A stretch of DNA of 63,955 nt, the filler included, from Octopus bimaculoides (Eukaryota), in the NCBI RefSeq assembly GCF_001194135.2. It is 4 parts of 4 records of this genome, joined end to end, with 100 filler letters (N's around TTAATTAATTAA, not from the genome) between each part and the next. Parts side by side here need not be neighbours in the genome. Positions count along the whole stretch, not along the records: positions 1 to 19,996 come from NC_069005.1; 3 more parts are not named here. The stretch is one strand, 5' to 3'. Of this stretch, positions 1-11,232 are shown one piece after another. The position numbers and the translations under genes were made by a program. The stretch's first letter is position 1. Each line of letters begins with the position of its first letter. The notes below the pieces were generated by a model. It was not told the origin of the DNA, did not search any database, and was given only the letters and a program-made list of their open reading frames with translations.

Positions 1-61
<61 letters not shown>

Positions 62-1153
62 CATATAGATATATACACACAGTTATGTTAAGAATAGGGT
101 GTATTATAATAACGGTGTATATGTGTATACATCTTTTGAGGGATAGTTGTGTATATGTGTATATGTGTGCGCACATGTGTACCAGTTATTATCATGGAAG
201 GAAGACAGTGGGAGCTGTAGATGTCATCTATACCCATGACAATAGATCACAAAAAATAGCTGAAGGCCTTTTTCTACAACAGCAAACAAAGAGAGTAAGT
301 GAGAAAATATGGTTGTAAAGATAAGCAGGACATCTAGGCATTGCTAACCTTGTTGTAATAGTTTATTACAAATGGAATATCCTGAATTGTTGTGAATTAT
401 GAAAATAAAAAAAAGAGTACTGGTGTTGTTTGGCCCTAGGTGAAATGTGAAAGAGTAGATACATGATCAGACAAATTCCAGGTATGACCACTTTTTTTTT
501 TCTTTTTTTAGGGGTGTATGCTTCTTAACTACATGGTTTCAGGTTCAGTCCCACTGTGTGACACCTTGGAAAAGTGTCTTCTACTGTAACCCCAAGTTAA
601 CTAAAGCCTTGTGAATAGATTTGGTAGAAAAAAACTGAATGAAGTCTATCATGTGTGTGTGTGTGTGTGTGTTCGTGCCCTTGTGTTGCAATCACGTGAT
701 GGTTATACATGAACAGTGCAGTCATGCAAGTGACGTCATTTGTTTCCAACCATCTGTGAAAAACATGTCTGGCTATGGGGAACATCATCTCGTTTGAAAA
801 GAGGTGAAGGTTGGTGGCAGGAAGGGCATCTTTAAAATCAGCATCAACAAATTCCGTCTGAGCCAACGAAGCATGGAAAAGTGGACACTAAATGCTGATT
901 GATGACTATATATATGTACATTTATATATGTATGTATGTATATATAGTCAAATCAAATAAACAATTAGAAAAAAAAACCGAACGTGAGAACATGCACAAG
1001 AAATATATTAATTTGATGCTTGTCGAAGGGAGAGTTGTTGCTAACATTTCGAGCATAGCTCTTTATCAGAAACAGGATAACCCAAATAGAAAGAAGGAAA
1101 AATAGGGAAAAATCGCCAACAGTCCATGTGCAACATATATATATATATTCCTT

Positions 1154-1606
1154 TTTACTCTTTTACTTGTTTCAGTCATTTGACTGTGGCTATGCTGGAG
1201 CACCGCCTTTAGTCGAGCAAATCGACCCCAGGACTTAGTCTTTGTAAGCCTAGTACTTATTCTATCGGTCTCTTTTGCCGAATCGCTAAGTTACGGGGAC
1301 GTAAACATACCAACATNNNNNNNNNNNNNNNNNNNNNNNNNNNNNNNNNNNNNNNNNNNNNNNNNNNNNNNNNNNNNNNNNNNNGGGGGGGGGGGACAAA
1401 CACAGACACACACATATATATATATATATATATACATATATACGATGGGCTTCTTTCAGTTTCCATCTACCAAATCCACTCACAAGGCTTTGGTCAGCCT
1501 GAGGCTATAGTAGAAGACACTTGCCCAAAGTGCCACGCAGTGGGACTGAAACCAGAACCGTGTGGTTTGTAAGCAAGCTACTTACCACACAGCCACTCCT
1601 GCGCCT
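1154..1606 (-). mobile_element. tRNA-derived SINE, abundant family (other copies about 497-600, 14631-15012, 16300-16640, 19780-19996, 25350-25430, 47480-47660, 51330-51570, 54900-55100)
   Basis: Head aggcgcaggagTGGCTGTGTGGtaag...GGTTTCAGTCCC. Shared core gggcaagtgtcttctactatagcc...gtgagtggatttggtaga and tail cagcatggccgcagtc..atgactgaaacaagtaaaag. Confidence 0.85.
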
Positions 1607-2012
1607 ATATATATATTTAATGAACTTTCCTGCCAAAAATGACGTATGAGTGTTCAGCTTTTGCCAAATGACTTGCGCAAATGATTTGTTTCTAGTGAGC
1701 AAATGTTCGTGCCACACATTAGCTCACTCCCCTCAGCATGTCGGGCCCCGAAGTGATCACAGAGCAATGAGAGATGAAGTACATTATCTAATGTGCTTGT
1801 TTCAAAGGCATGTTTTGAAGGCGATAAGGTTGTTACAACAAGCATACAGAATGGTCGTATAGTAATCTGCCCTTTGTTGGCATTAATGTAAATTAAAATG
1901 AAGTAAATTACAAAGGAGAGTAATTGTGGTGAAAGTAATTAACTGATGACCAAAGGGAAATAACAAAATTATTTTCTGACCTTCTTACTATCAATCCATA
2001 TTATGTAAAATA

Positions 2013-2262
2013 ATTGCAGATGAAGAAGGAGTAAAATTTATAAACAAGTCGGATGTAGTAGAAATGAGAATTTGCCTCGTCATGATAAATTGGTCAAGCA
2101 AGGATTTTGGACAGTTTGGAGATATTTTTTTCTCAAAGAAAGAATCCATTTTAATAGAACTGTCCAAAATCCTTGCTTGACCAATTTATGAAGACGGGGC
2201 AAATTCTTCATTTCTACTACATCCGACTTGTTTATAAATTTTACTCCCTCTTCATCTACAAT
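2013..2262. repeat. Inverted repeat: about 104-bp arms, 41-nt spacer
   Basis: 2013-2116 versus 2158-2262, about 5 substitutions and 1 indel by manual alignment. Confidence 0.92.
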
Positions 2263-2668
2263 GAAAAGTAGTGACCCTCCCTACAGAATTTGTTTCTTTT
2301 TTTTCTTTAGATATATATATATATACGGGGGAGGGGTGCTAAAAAGTTCCTGGCTTTAAGGGTATCACGAAAGGCCTGGTTGGAGGCCAGACCACTGCAG
2401 TAAGTGCGTGAATCTGAGAATAAATAAACTGATCCTCCTGTATTTTCTTTTACCCAAAAGCAGGAATTTTTCAGCAGATCCTTGTAACATCACAAAAGGA
2501 ATTTTTACCTGTGAATTCAGCAAATGTCTTTTGCTGTTGTTTTGTCTGTGGTTTTATGTTGTATGAAATAATAATTTCTTGGCTGAGGAAGTTTTATTCT
2601 TTTCATTTTCTTTGCCTATGATTTTTTATTTGTTTTGTTAATGGATTTTAGACTAACGATGGATGTCA

Positions 2669-2898
2669 TTAACCCTTTTGATACCAACCCGCCTGAAAGC
2701 GCCTCTGGCTCTGAAGTACAAACGTCTTGTTTTCAAAAGTTCTGAATTAAAATCTTCCACCAAACCTTAGTTACAATTTATGTTCCTAACACTAGCTGAA
2801 TGATAACTAAGTTATTTTACTAAATTCTTTGTTATACTTAAAATTAATTGAAAGAAACACAGAGCATCTCAACAGAAATATGGTAGCAAAATGGTTAA
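2669..2898. mobile_element. piggyBac-like MITE
   Basis: TTAA-CCCTTTTGATACCA ... TGGTAGCAAAATGG-TTAA: terminal inverted repeats with TTAA at both ends. Confidence 0.7.
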
Positions 2899-3293
2899 AT
2901 GACAAAGAGATAAAAACTTGAAACGGTGATGTAGTTTAGTTAAACAGCAGCAGTCGGAGCTGCTACTACTACTACTAATACAACTACTACTACTGCTTTA
3001 GTACAGCTGGTGCAGAAATGTATAAATCTAGGCTTTATAGCCGACAGCAGAGCATCTTTAGGAAGGAGTGAGAAAGACATGCAGTCAAATATTATTAAGC
3101 ATCAAATTGATGATAATGTAGGTATGGAAATGATACAGCAGTCAGTACTGGTCACATGGAAGTTACAGAACAATGGCAGAATGGTGACCAAATCATGCAA
3201 GTCTCAAAGACTTTTAAAAGATGTTACTCTTCCAACAGTGATGATTGCAAAGTGGTGGATGAAGAGATGAAAAGTGAAGGATGATAATGTGGT

Positions 3294-3369
3294 TTAGTAA
3301 GATGGAGACAAAGTGTGTGTGTGTGTGTGTGTGTGAGCTGATGTGATTAATGGCTGTCTTGTGTTTTGG
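3294..3369 (-). CDS. Possible terminal HIPK exon (S-QNTRQPLITSAHTHTHTHTLSPSY-stop)
   Basis: Acceptor catctccccacag, and phase-2 compatible with the 5884 donor. Not verified by homology; other exons could be hidden in gap 4757-5434. Confidence 0.3.
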
Positions 3370-3474
3370 CTGTGGGGAGATGACAGCATCAGTGATGATG
3401 ATGATGATGATGATGAAGATAAAAAGTGAGGTGAAACAGAAGGGAATTAGATAGGAAGGTAAGATAAGGAAGGA

Positions 3475-3582
<108 letters not shown>

Positions 3583-5883
3583 CAATTAAAGAGATTAAAT
3601 ATGTAAGCAGAGAGATATGCATTGGAAGACATAGGTGGAGAGAGAGAGAGATTACGCCACAAATGTCTATTTAATTATAATAATGACCAGGTCCAGAGAT
3701 GGCCACCACTAACAATTACTAACATTGGTTTGGAACAACAAGTTAACAAAGTTCAATTCAAGACAAAACAATGGATTAGAGTTTGGGTTAGAAACAACTT
3801 CTATTGGTGTTAAAATGTTAAATTAACAGTCACACCAGCACACTCCACTCAAAACACCTGCGCACCAACATACTCCACTCATCAGCTAACTACAGCAACA
3901 TGCTTCACTCAACAGATTCACCAATAAACTCCACTCATCAGTTGTACCAATGTCTTCCATTCACTGGATGCATTAATATCACACCAGCCACACCAACATG
4001 CTGCACTCAACAGCTCTATCAAAGTCTTATCTTCCACTTACCAACTACACTGAAATCCTCCACTCACCAGTTGTACCAGTCAGAATTCTCCAAATGCTAA
4101 TTGCACCCAAGAGTACATCAAGTTGCATACCAAATCACGGCAATCAAACTAACAACTGAAGACGCCGACCTAATCCAGTGAGTGTGCATGTAAGTGTGAG
4201 AGAAAGCGTGCGTGAGAGAGGAGGCGGAAGAGAGAGAGAGAGGGAGAGAGAGAGACGGCTCGAGAAATCCAGTAGTGTTCAGGTGTGTTAATAAATGCAG
4301 TATTTGAGACTGACCCGTATTCTGAATGCCTAACAGGTGTAGGTTTCATGAGCAACGCCTACTGGAACCCCACATCGCTTTTCTTGCTATCAGTCGAAGG
4401 TGTGCTGCACCAAAATCAAACATTTGTCAATGCTGGTGGAGGGTGTTAAAGGTATAGAGCATATTCCATTATCATTTAATTATCATCATAATTATCATTA
4501 TCATCATTAATTAATATTGTTGCTGCTGCTGCTGCTACAGTGTTTATTTTCGGTACCGCTGGCATAACGAATGGTTATTTAAAATCATTATCATCATCAT
4601 CGTTCATCGTAATCATCATCACCACCATTATTATTATAGTTGTTGTTTTATGAGATGACGGATGGTTGGATGTTGCATTGAAAAGAAACAAGGACTCGAG
4701 TGGGCCACTTAGTTGCTTGGTTACAAAATTGTTTTATTTAAGAATCAAAGAAATATNNNNNNNNNNNNNNNNNNNNNNNNNNNNNNNNNNNNNNNNNNNN
4801 NNNNNNNNNNNNNNNNNNNNNNNNNNNNNNNNNNNNNNNNNNNNNNNNNNNNNNNNNNNNNNNNNNNNNNNNNNNNNNNNNNNNNNNNNNNNNNNNNNNN
4901 NNNNNNNNNNNNNNNNNNNNNNNNNNNNNNNNNNNNNNNNNNNNNNNNNNNNNNNNNNNNNNNNNNNNNNNNNNNNNNNNNNNNNNNNNNNNNNNNNNNN
5001 NNNNNNNNNNNNNNNNNNNNNNNNNNNNNNNNNNNNNNNNNNNNNNNNNNNNNNNNNNNNNNNNNNNNNNNNNNNNNNNNNNNNNNNNNNNNNNNNNNNN
5101 NNNNNNNNNNNNNNNNNNNNNNNNNNNNNNNNNNNNNNNNNNNNNNNNNNNNNNNNNNNNNNNNNNNNNNNNNNNNNNNNNNNNNNNNNNNNNNNNNNNN
5201 NNNNNNNNNNNNNNNNNNNNNNNNNNNNNNNNNNNNNNNNNNNNNNNNNNNNNNNNNNNNNNNNNNNNNNNNNNNNNNNNNNNNNNNNNNNNNNNNNNNN
5301 NNNNNNNNNNNNNNNNNNNNNNNNNNNNNNNNNNNNNNNNNNNNNNNNNNNNNNNNNNNNNNNNNNNNNNNNNNNNNNNNNNNNNNNNNNNNNNNNNNNN
5401 NNNNNNNNNNNNNNNNNNNNNNNNNNNNNNNNNNTGTCAGAACATGACGGATTTTACAAGCTGTGAGTGAGTGATAACAAGAGTTTCTCCAGTTGCTCAT
5501 TCTTTGGTTTTTCTTTTTTTTTTTTCTTCTTTCATTTCGGCTTTGGGGTGGGGTGGGCTTTTGTGGGGGTTTTATTTGCTTTAGGGCAACTGATATTCTC
5601 TAAGCCAACAAGATAGATGTAGAAAAAAGTGCAAAACAGTTTCGATCAAATACAGGGTGACATAGTTGAGAGTTCCTCCTCCAAGTGGTGTGCACAGTCT
5701 AAGTTTTGATGATAGCCTGCCCGCCCTTCCCAATTGTATGACAGAAGACATGGTTTGGATGTTTTAGAAAGAGGAAAAGAGAGATACGCTTTGCTGAGTG
5801 CGGGCAGTAAACTGTAAGGAGTCCACTTACTGGATTAGGTCTGGGGGTGAAGACACGGGAGGGAAACAAGGCAGTCCACTTAC

Positions 5884-6826
5884 CTATGTACTTCAACTTG
5901 AGAGCCAGTATTTAGAAAGATAGGCTGCCCAATATGTACATTGGGCTGAGCTGGAGAGAGTTGAGAGGAATTATTTGCTGCAGTGTTGAGGCCATTTGGG
6001 ACACGCTGTTTACTGTTGAGCACAGTGGCTACTAATGTACCAGCTGGCTGGTGACCGATAAAATTCCGATGAGATGAATGGCCATGAAATGTTCGCGGCT
6101 GGTTCTGGCTGAGTCGGACTGTCGGAGAAACATAGGCAAGTTTACTATGAATAGATGATGCACTGGTTACTTCAACTTCTAGCGGGAGTGGTTTCACTTC
6201 ATGTTTGACTGGACTTCTGTTCACGTGTAGTCGGTCAGCAGACGATGCACAAGAAAGAAATGATGAGGAGAGCGAAGAAACTTCCTGCTTGGGAATGTGT
6301 GTCACGAAAGGGGAGGTTTTGGTCACATGGTCACGGTACTTGTGATGTCGAGAGGATTCGGCCATCACAACATTGGGTGGAATGAATGAGAGAGATGCTG
6401 ATGTAGCTCTCATAGCAGCACTTGATGCAGGAACATGTTGTCTTTGATTCGGAGGGACCATGTGGCTTTTAATGTAGCTGCCATTGCCATTATTGCTGCT
6501 GACATAGTTACTGTCGGGGATCAAGGCTGAGTTAGTCGTAGTCGCGGAGACAGACGCAGCTGGGCAGCCACCCAAGGATGAAGATGAAGAAGAGGACGAC
6601 GATGAAGATGAGGAAGAAGAGACAGCTGCTAGGCTTTTCATGTTAGCAATATTGCTGGAAGAGGAGGAGGAGGTAATTTCATGTTTAATAGGGGTAAAAG
6701 TAAGTGGCTTGCGAGCAGTGTGGGCAGAGTTGCTAGCAGATGCTGCTACAGCAGAAATATGGTCTAGATCAGGGCTGTCAGGTACTGTTACACAGCTAAT
6801 CACATTCTTTCGCACTCTTGGAGAAC
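5884..6826 (-). CDS. HIPK: HIPK large Ser/His-rich C-terminal exon
   Basis: 943-nt open frame (ORF 5880-6833), acceptor atttctcttgacag, donor AG|gtaagt. Phase 1 start matches the preceding exon. Reads GSPRVRKNVISCVTVPDSPD...GQPIFLNTGSQVEVH. Confidence 0.85.
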
Positions 6827-6954
6827 CTGTCAAGAGAAATAAATAAACAATGAAGGTAGAAAGTTGAAAATGGTTTCAAAACATGATAATAATTATGCCA
6901 ATACAAGGTCCTAGCTTATAATTCATAGCACAGGCCTATAGTTTTTCATATCAG

Positions 6955-7550
6955 CTAAACCCTCTAGCAATTAAACTGGCCATATCTGGCCCAAATATTC
7001 TACTTATTTTATGTTCAAACTGGTCAGATCCAGCCTCTCACACCTACCCTGCAATGTCATTTTAAAAATAAACAATCACGTCTTCAAAATCCCAAAGCTA
7101 CGAGAAAATACAGGATTAATTTTATAAAGAATGTGAATATATAAGTATTACATTTGACAAAGTATTCTGAATACAAGACAAGACATCTGATGTTTAGGGT
7201 CTGCTTCTTTGTATGTGAAAAAGGAAAAAAAATTTCTATTATTTTTTAAGATTACTCTTCTCACAATGGCAAATGAATTTATCCAAATCCCAAAATTTCA
7301 CTACAACTAATAAACTAATAAAAAACCCTTTAGCATTTGAACTGGTCACGTGTGGCCCAAATATTCTGACAGTTTTATGTTCAAACTGGACAGATCCAGC
7401 CTTACACACCTACCCTGCAATGTCATTCTAGAAATAAACTACCAGATCATCAGAATCATGAAGCTACAACACAAGGAATGATTAGCTCAAAACAATGTGA
7501 ATAAATAAGTGTTACATTTGTCAGAGCAATCTGAATGCTAAAGGGTTTAA
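6955..7550. mobile_element. Two adjacent diverged copies of a piggyBac-like MITE (about 6955-7195 and 7322-7550; partial third at 9995-10160)
   Basis: aaccctttagcatt ... aatgctaaagggttt termini and shared internal ccaaatattct..ttatgttcaaactgg.cagatccagcc. Confidence 0.7.
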
Positions 7551-8022
7551 CAAAGTCACTGTTGATAAGCAATAAGAATGGCAATATATTTCACTTGTGT
7601 AACAAAATTATTTTGTTTGTGTCTTTGGTCAGTAAGTGTTATTTCCTATTTGCTTCTATCTAGAAATCAAAGGAAATGACTACTATTCCCTTCACACTTT
7701 GCTTTTCTGTCCTGGACATCAATGTTTTGAAACTGACCTATTTTCTATTAGATTTCAGACAGATTCAGCACTGAGATGATGAAGCAAAAATATCGTTATA
7801 GCAAATATTCTGCTCAATACTACAGATTTGCTTGTCAGTTGTTTGATCTTAACCACTTGAGCATGTCCCTTAGTGGCTGACAATATGTGCATCTCTGATC
7901 ATGAGCAGGAGTAGCGGTGGGGAGCATCATAGCCATGTGTTGAAAGGGATTCTTTGGAGTTTCAATAAAAATAACAAAAGCAAAGTCTGAAGGAAATATT
8001 AACCATTGTCATACTTTCTAGG

Positions 8023-8406
8023 GGTTGTTGGCACTGTCGCTTACGACGTCGAGGGTTCCAGTTGATCCGATCAACGGAACAGCCTGCTCATGAAATTAAC
8101 GTGCAAGTGGCTGAGCACTCCACAGACATGTGCACCCTTAATGTAGTTCTCGGGGATATTCAGCATTACACAGAGTGTGACAAGGCTGACCCTTTGAATT
8201 ACAGGCACAACAGAAACAGGAAGAAAGAGTGAGAGAAAGTTGTGGTGAATGAGTACAGCAGGGTTCTCCACCATCCCCTGCCAGAGCTTCGTGGAGCTTT
8301 TAGGTGTTTTCGCTCAATAAACACTCACAACGCCCAATCTGGGAATCGAAACCGCGATCTTACGACCGCGAGTCCGCTGCCCTAACCACTGGGCCATTGC
8401 GCCTCC
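8023..8406 (-). mobile_element. Full-length tRNA-derived SINE with LINE-like tail
   Basis: Head ggaggcgcaaTGGCCCAGTGGttagggc...GGTTTCGATTCC (pol III A and B boxes), then body and tail. Lies in a HIPK intron. Confidence 0.85.
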
Positions 8407-8491
8407 ACTTTCTAGGGGACAGCAAATAGGAAATAACAGTTGCTACTCAGGGACAAAAATTGTGTTACCCAGTGTTATAGGGAATACTGAC

Positions 8492-8613
8492 CGAAAGCTG
8501 ACGATCCTGATCTTGAGCTACAGTTGCCACTGTCGACACTATTGCTGTTCTGGACATAAGGATTGTTGACATGACTGCTGCTGCTACTAGCACTGCTGTG
8601 ATTACTGTGCTGC

Positions 8614-8648
<35 letters not shown>

Positions 8649-8721
8649 TTGGTACTGCCGTGGCTGATGAGCAGATGTCTGATGGCTGCTGTGTTTAGTA
8701 CTGGTATGTACATCACGAACT
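8492..8721 (-). CDS. HIPK: HIPK low-complexity exon with Q14 tract
   Basis: Acceptor cttctcctctgcag, donor G|gtcagt. The frame set by the upstream phase 2 reads KVRDVHTSTKHSSHQTSAHQPRQY-Q14-HSNHSSASSSSSHVNNPYVQNSNSVDSGNCSSRSGSSAF-G. This is not the frame shown in the ORF track. Ends in phase 1, matching the next exon. Confidence 0.85.
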
Positions 8722-8781
8722 CTGCAGAGGAGAAGTGGGGGAAGAATGGTGAGTTAGTAACAGAAACATCTGTAGTAGTAG

Positions 8782-8828
<47 letters not shown>

Positions 8829-9308
8829 AGAGAGAGAGACAGACAGACAGAGGTTGCTCTATGAAAGGGAGACAACACATTTCAACAGCCTACAGAAAAG
8901 GATGAGAGGTTATTTAATGACAGAGAATAATTACATTGTCAAAACATTTACGTAACTTTATTACACACACACACACACACACACTAGAATCCTCTTCGTT
9001 AATTGTTTTATTTACTCATCTTTCCTGTTCTGAATCAGAATGTTCGCAAATGACAACATTAAACAATCTTTGATGCTCTCTTGATAATTATATATTGTCT
9101 GACAGAAACAGGTAAGAACTTCATTTACTTTCTAAACAAAGCCAGTGACAGACAGAGACGACAGACAGAGATGACAGAGACGACAGACGGTGACAGATAG
9201 TGGCCGAGATGAAAGAGATGACATTACTAGAAGAAAAAGAAAAGCAAAAGACAAACAAAAAGAATGATTAAGAGCACAAAAAAAAAAAAAAAGAAGCAGG
9301 AATCTTAC

Positions 9309-9635
9309 TTTTTGACCGTATCCTTTAAATGCCTCTTGGATTCTTCTTCATCCTCACTATCAGAGCTGATGGTGATTACGCTGACCGCTGGACTAGGAGT
9401 GTCGGCTATAACAATAGTCTGGCGGTGGTCACCTGAACCTCTTGTACCTGTGTGGCTGCTACTCTTGCTGCTGCTGACTTTGCTACCCAATGGCACCACT
9501 TGTGCTTCATTGCTCCAGCCAGTTAGACGCAGGATCTCTTCTTTGTGCAAGCTGTCCAGTCGTGGTGGTGTGTTCTCCTTCACACGCTTTTTCACAGGAG
9601 ATAACTGTGTTGAGGTACATATTTCCTTACTGGTC
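9309..9635 (-). CDS. HIPK: HIPK exon with NLS-like KKRVKENTPPR and SUMO-interacting/PEST region
   Basis: TSKEICTSTQLSPVKKRVKENTPPR...[30 protein letters not shown] closely matches vertebrate HIPK2 KRVKENTPPR and [27 protein letters not shown]. Acceptor tatctctcacag, donor AA|gtaaga, phase 2-2. Confidence 0.95.
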
Positions 9636-10941
9636 CTGTGAGAGATACAAACATTTTCACATTAAAACAGGTTCTGTAAGGGGGTACCAAACATGACACT
9701 AAATACCTCTTTCATCTAATTTAACATCAAAACAAAAGTATTTAAGCTTTTTTCTTTTTCGTCTTAGAAAGGGAAACTCTGATGCTCATAACCTTTTGCA
9801 GACCTCCACAACTGGAGGGAATTGATCAATGCCTATAACGTTTCTGCAGGGGCTCTACAACTACTTAAGAGAGAAAGGGCACTGCCTATTAGTTGTTCAT
9901 TTTCTTTAGCATTTCTAAGACTGGTAGATAGAAAAGAGACAGGAACTACAACTAAAGCAGCAGTTTTAAGTTAAATCTTGTTACTGTCTAAGATTCAAAC
10001 CTTCAGCATTTAAACCGACCATATCCAGCCCTGATATTCAACCGGTTTCATGTTCAAACTGGCCATATCCAGTCTAGATATCCTGCCTGTTTTATGTTCA
10101 AGTTAGCCATATCCGGGCTCCCCAAACTACACTACAAAATCTATCATCATCACTTAATGTCCATTGTCCATACTGGTATGGCTTGGACGGTTTCATCAGG
10201 GCTGGCAAGCTGAGGGGCTGCACTAAACTCCAGTCTGATTTGGCATGGTTTCTACGGCTGGATGCCCTTCCTAATGCCAACCACTCCAAGACACCGGTAT
10301 CTGCTATGACTGATTTTACCTAGCTTGATTTGATGGGTCTTCCTCTTAACCATATATTCTAAAAACTAACTATCACATCATTGAAATGTCAAAGTTACAA
10401 GATAATGGGAGTTGAAGCCATTTTCTTCTAAATATAATTATAAATTGTTAAATTATCAATGGTACATGGCTTGTTTTATCAGTGTTTGAAGTAGAGATAG
10501 ATTCTTTTTTTTTTTTTTAATCACTAATATGGCTTCAACAGGTAGAGAAACTGACTTAGGATCTACACTTGAAGATTTACAAAATGTAGACGGAAAAAAA
10601 GAAAAAAAAANNNNNNNNNNNNNNNNNNNNNNNNNNNNNNNNNNNNNNNNNNNNNNNNNNNNNNNNNNNNNNNNNNNNNNNNNNNNNNNNNNNNNNNNNN
10701 NNNNNNNNNNNNNNNNNNNNNNNNNNNNNNNNNNNNNNNNNNNNNNNNNNNNNNNNNNNNNNNNNNNNNNNNNNNNNNNNNNNNNNNNNNNNNNNNNNNN
10801 NNNNNNNNNNNNNNNNNNNNNNNNNNNNNNNNNNNNNNNNNNNNNNNNNNNNNNNNNNNNNNNNNNNNNNNNNNNNNNNNNNNNNNNNNNNNNNNNNNNN
10901 NNNNNNNNNNNNNNNNNNNNNNNNNNNNNNNNNNNNNNNNA

Positions 10942-11232
10942 TTTGAGAGTTGTAGTCGTTTAACGTCCGCTTTCCATGCTAGCATGGGTTGGACGATTTG
11001 ACTGAGGACTGGTGAAACCAGATGGCAACACCAGGCTCCAATCTGATTTGGCAGAATTTCTACAGCTGGATGCCTTTCCTAACGCCAACCACTCCGAGAG
11101 TGTAGTGGGTACTTTTACGTGCCACCAGCATGAAGGCCAGTCAGGCAGTACTGGCAACAGCCACGCTCAAAATGGTGTATTTTATGTGCCACCCGCACAA
11201 GAGCCAGTCCAGGGGCACTGGCAACGATCTCG
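10942..11232 (-). mobile_element. LINE/SINE 3' tail repeat (copies about 10160-10330, 12420-12520, 17040-17240)
   Basis: Recurrent tttaacgtccgctttccatgct...tttctacagctggatgcccttcctaacgccaacc. Confidence 0.7.

Noticed and set aside
4666-5500. Long ORFs made mostly of X (also at 10.5, 20.7, 28.5, 34.6, 36.4, 37.4, 51.7 and 53.5 kb)
   Set aside because: Read-through of N gaps.
8340-8406. tRNA-like A/B box sequences (also about 1540-1606 and 15410-15480)
   Set aside because: They are heads of SINEs followed by repeat bodies, with no complete cloverleaf recognised. Not called as tRNA genes.
8465-8878. 137-aa poly-Ser ORF overlapping the HIPK exon
   Set aside because: Wrong frame; splice phases on both sides select the poly-Gln frame.
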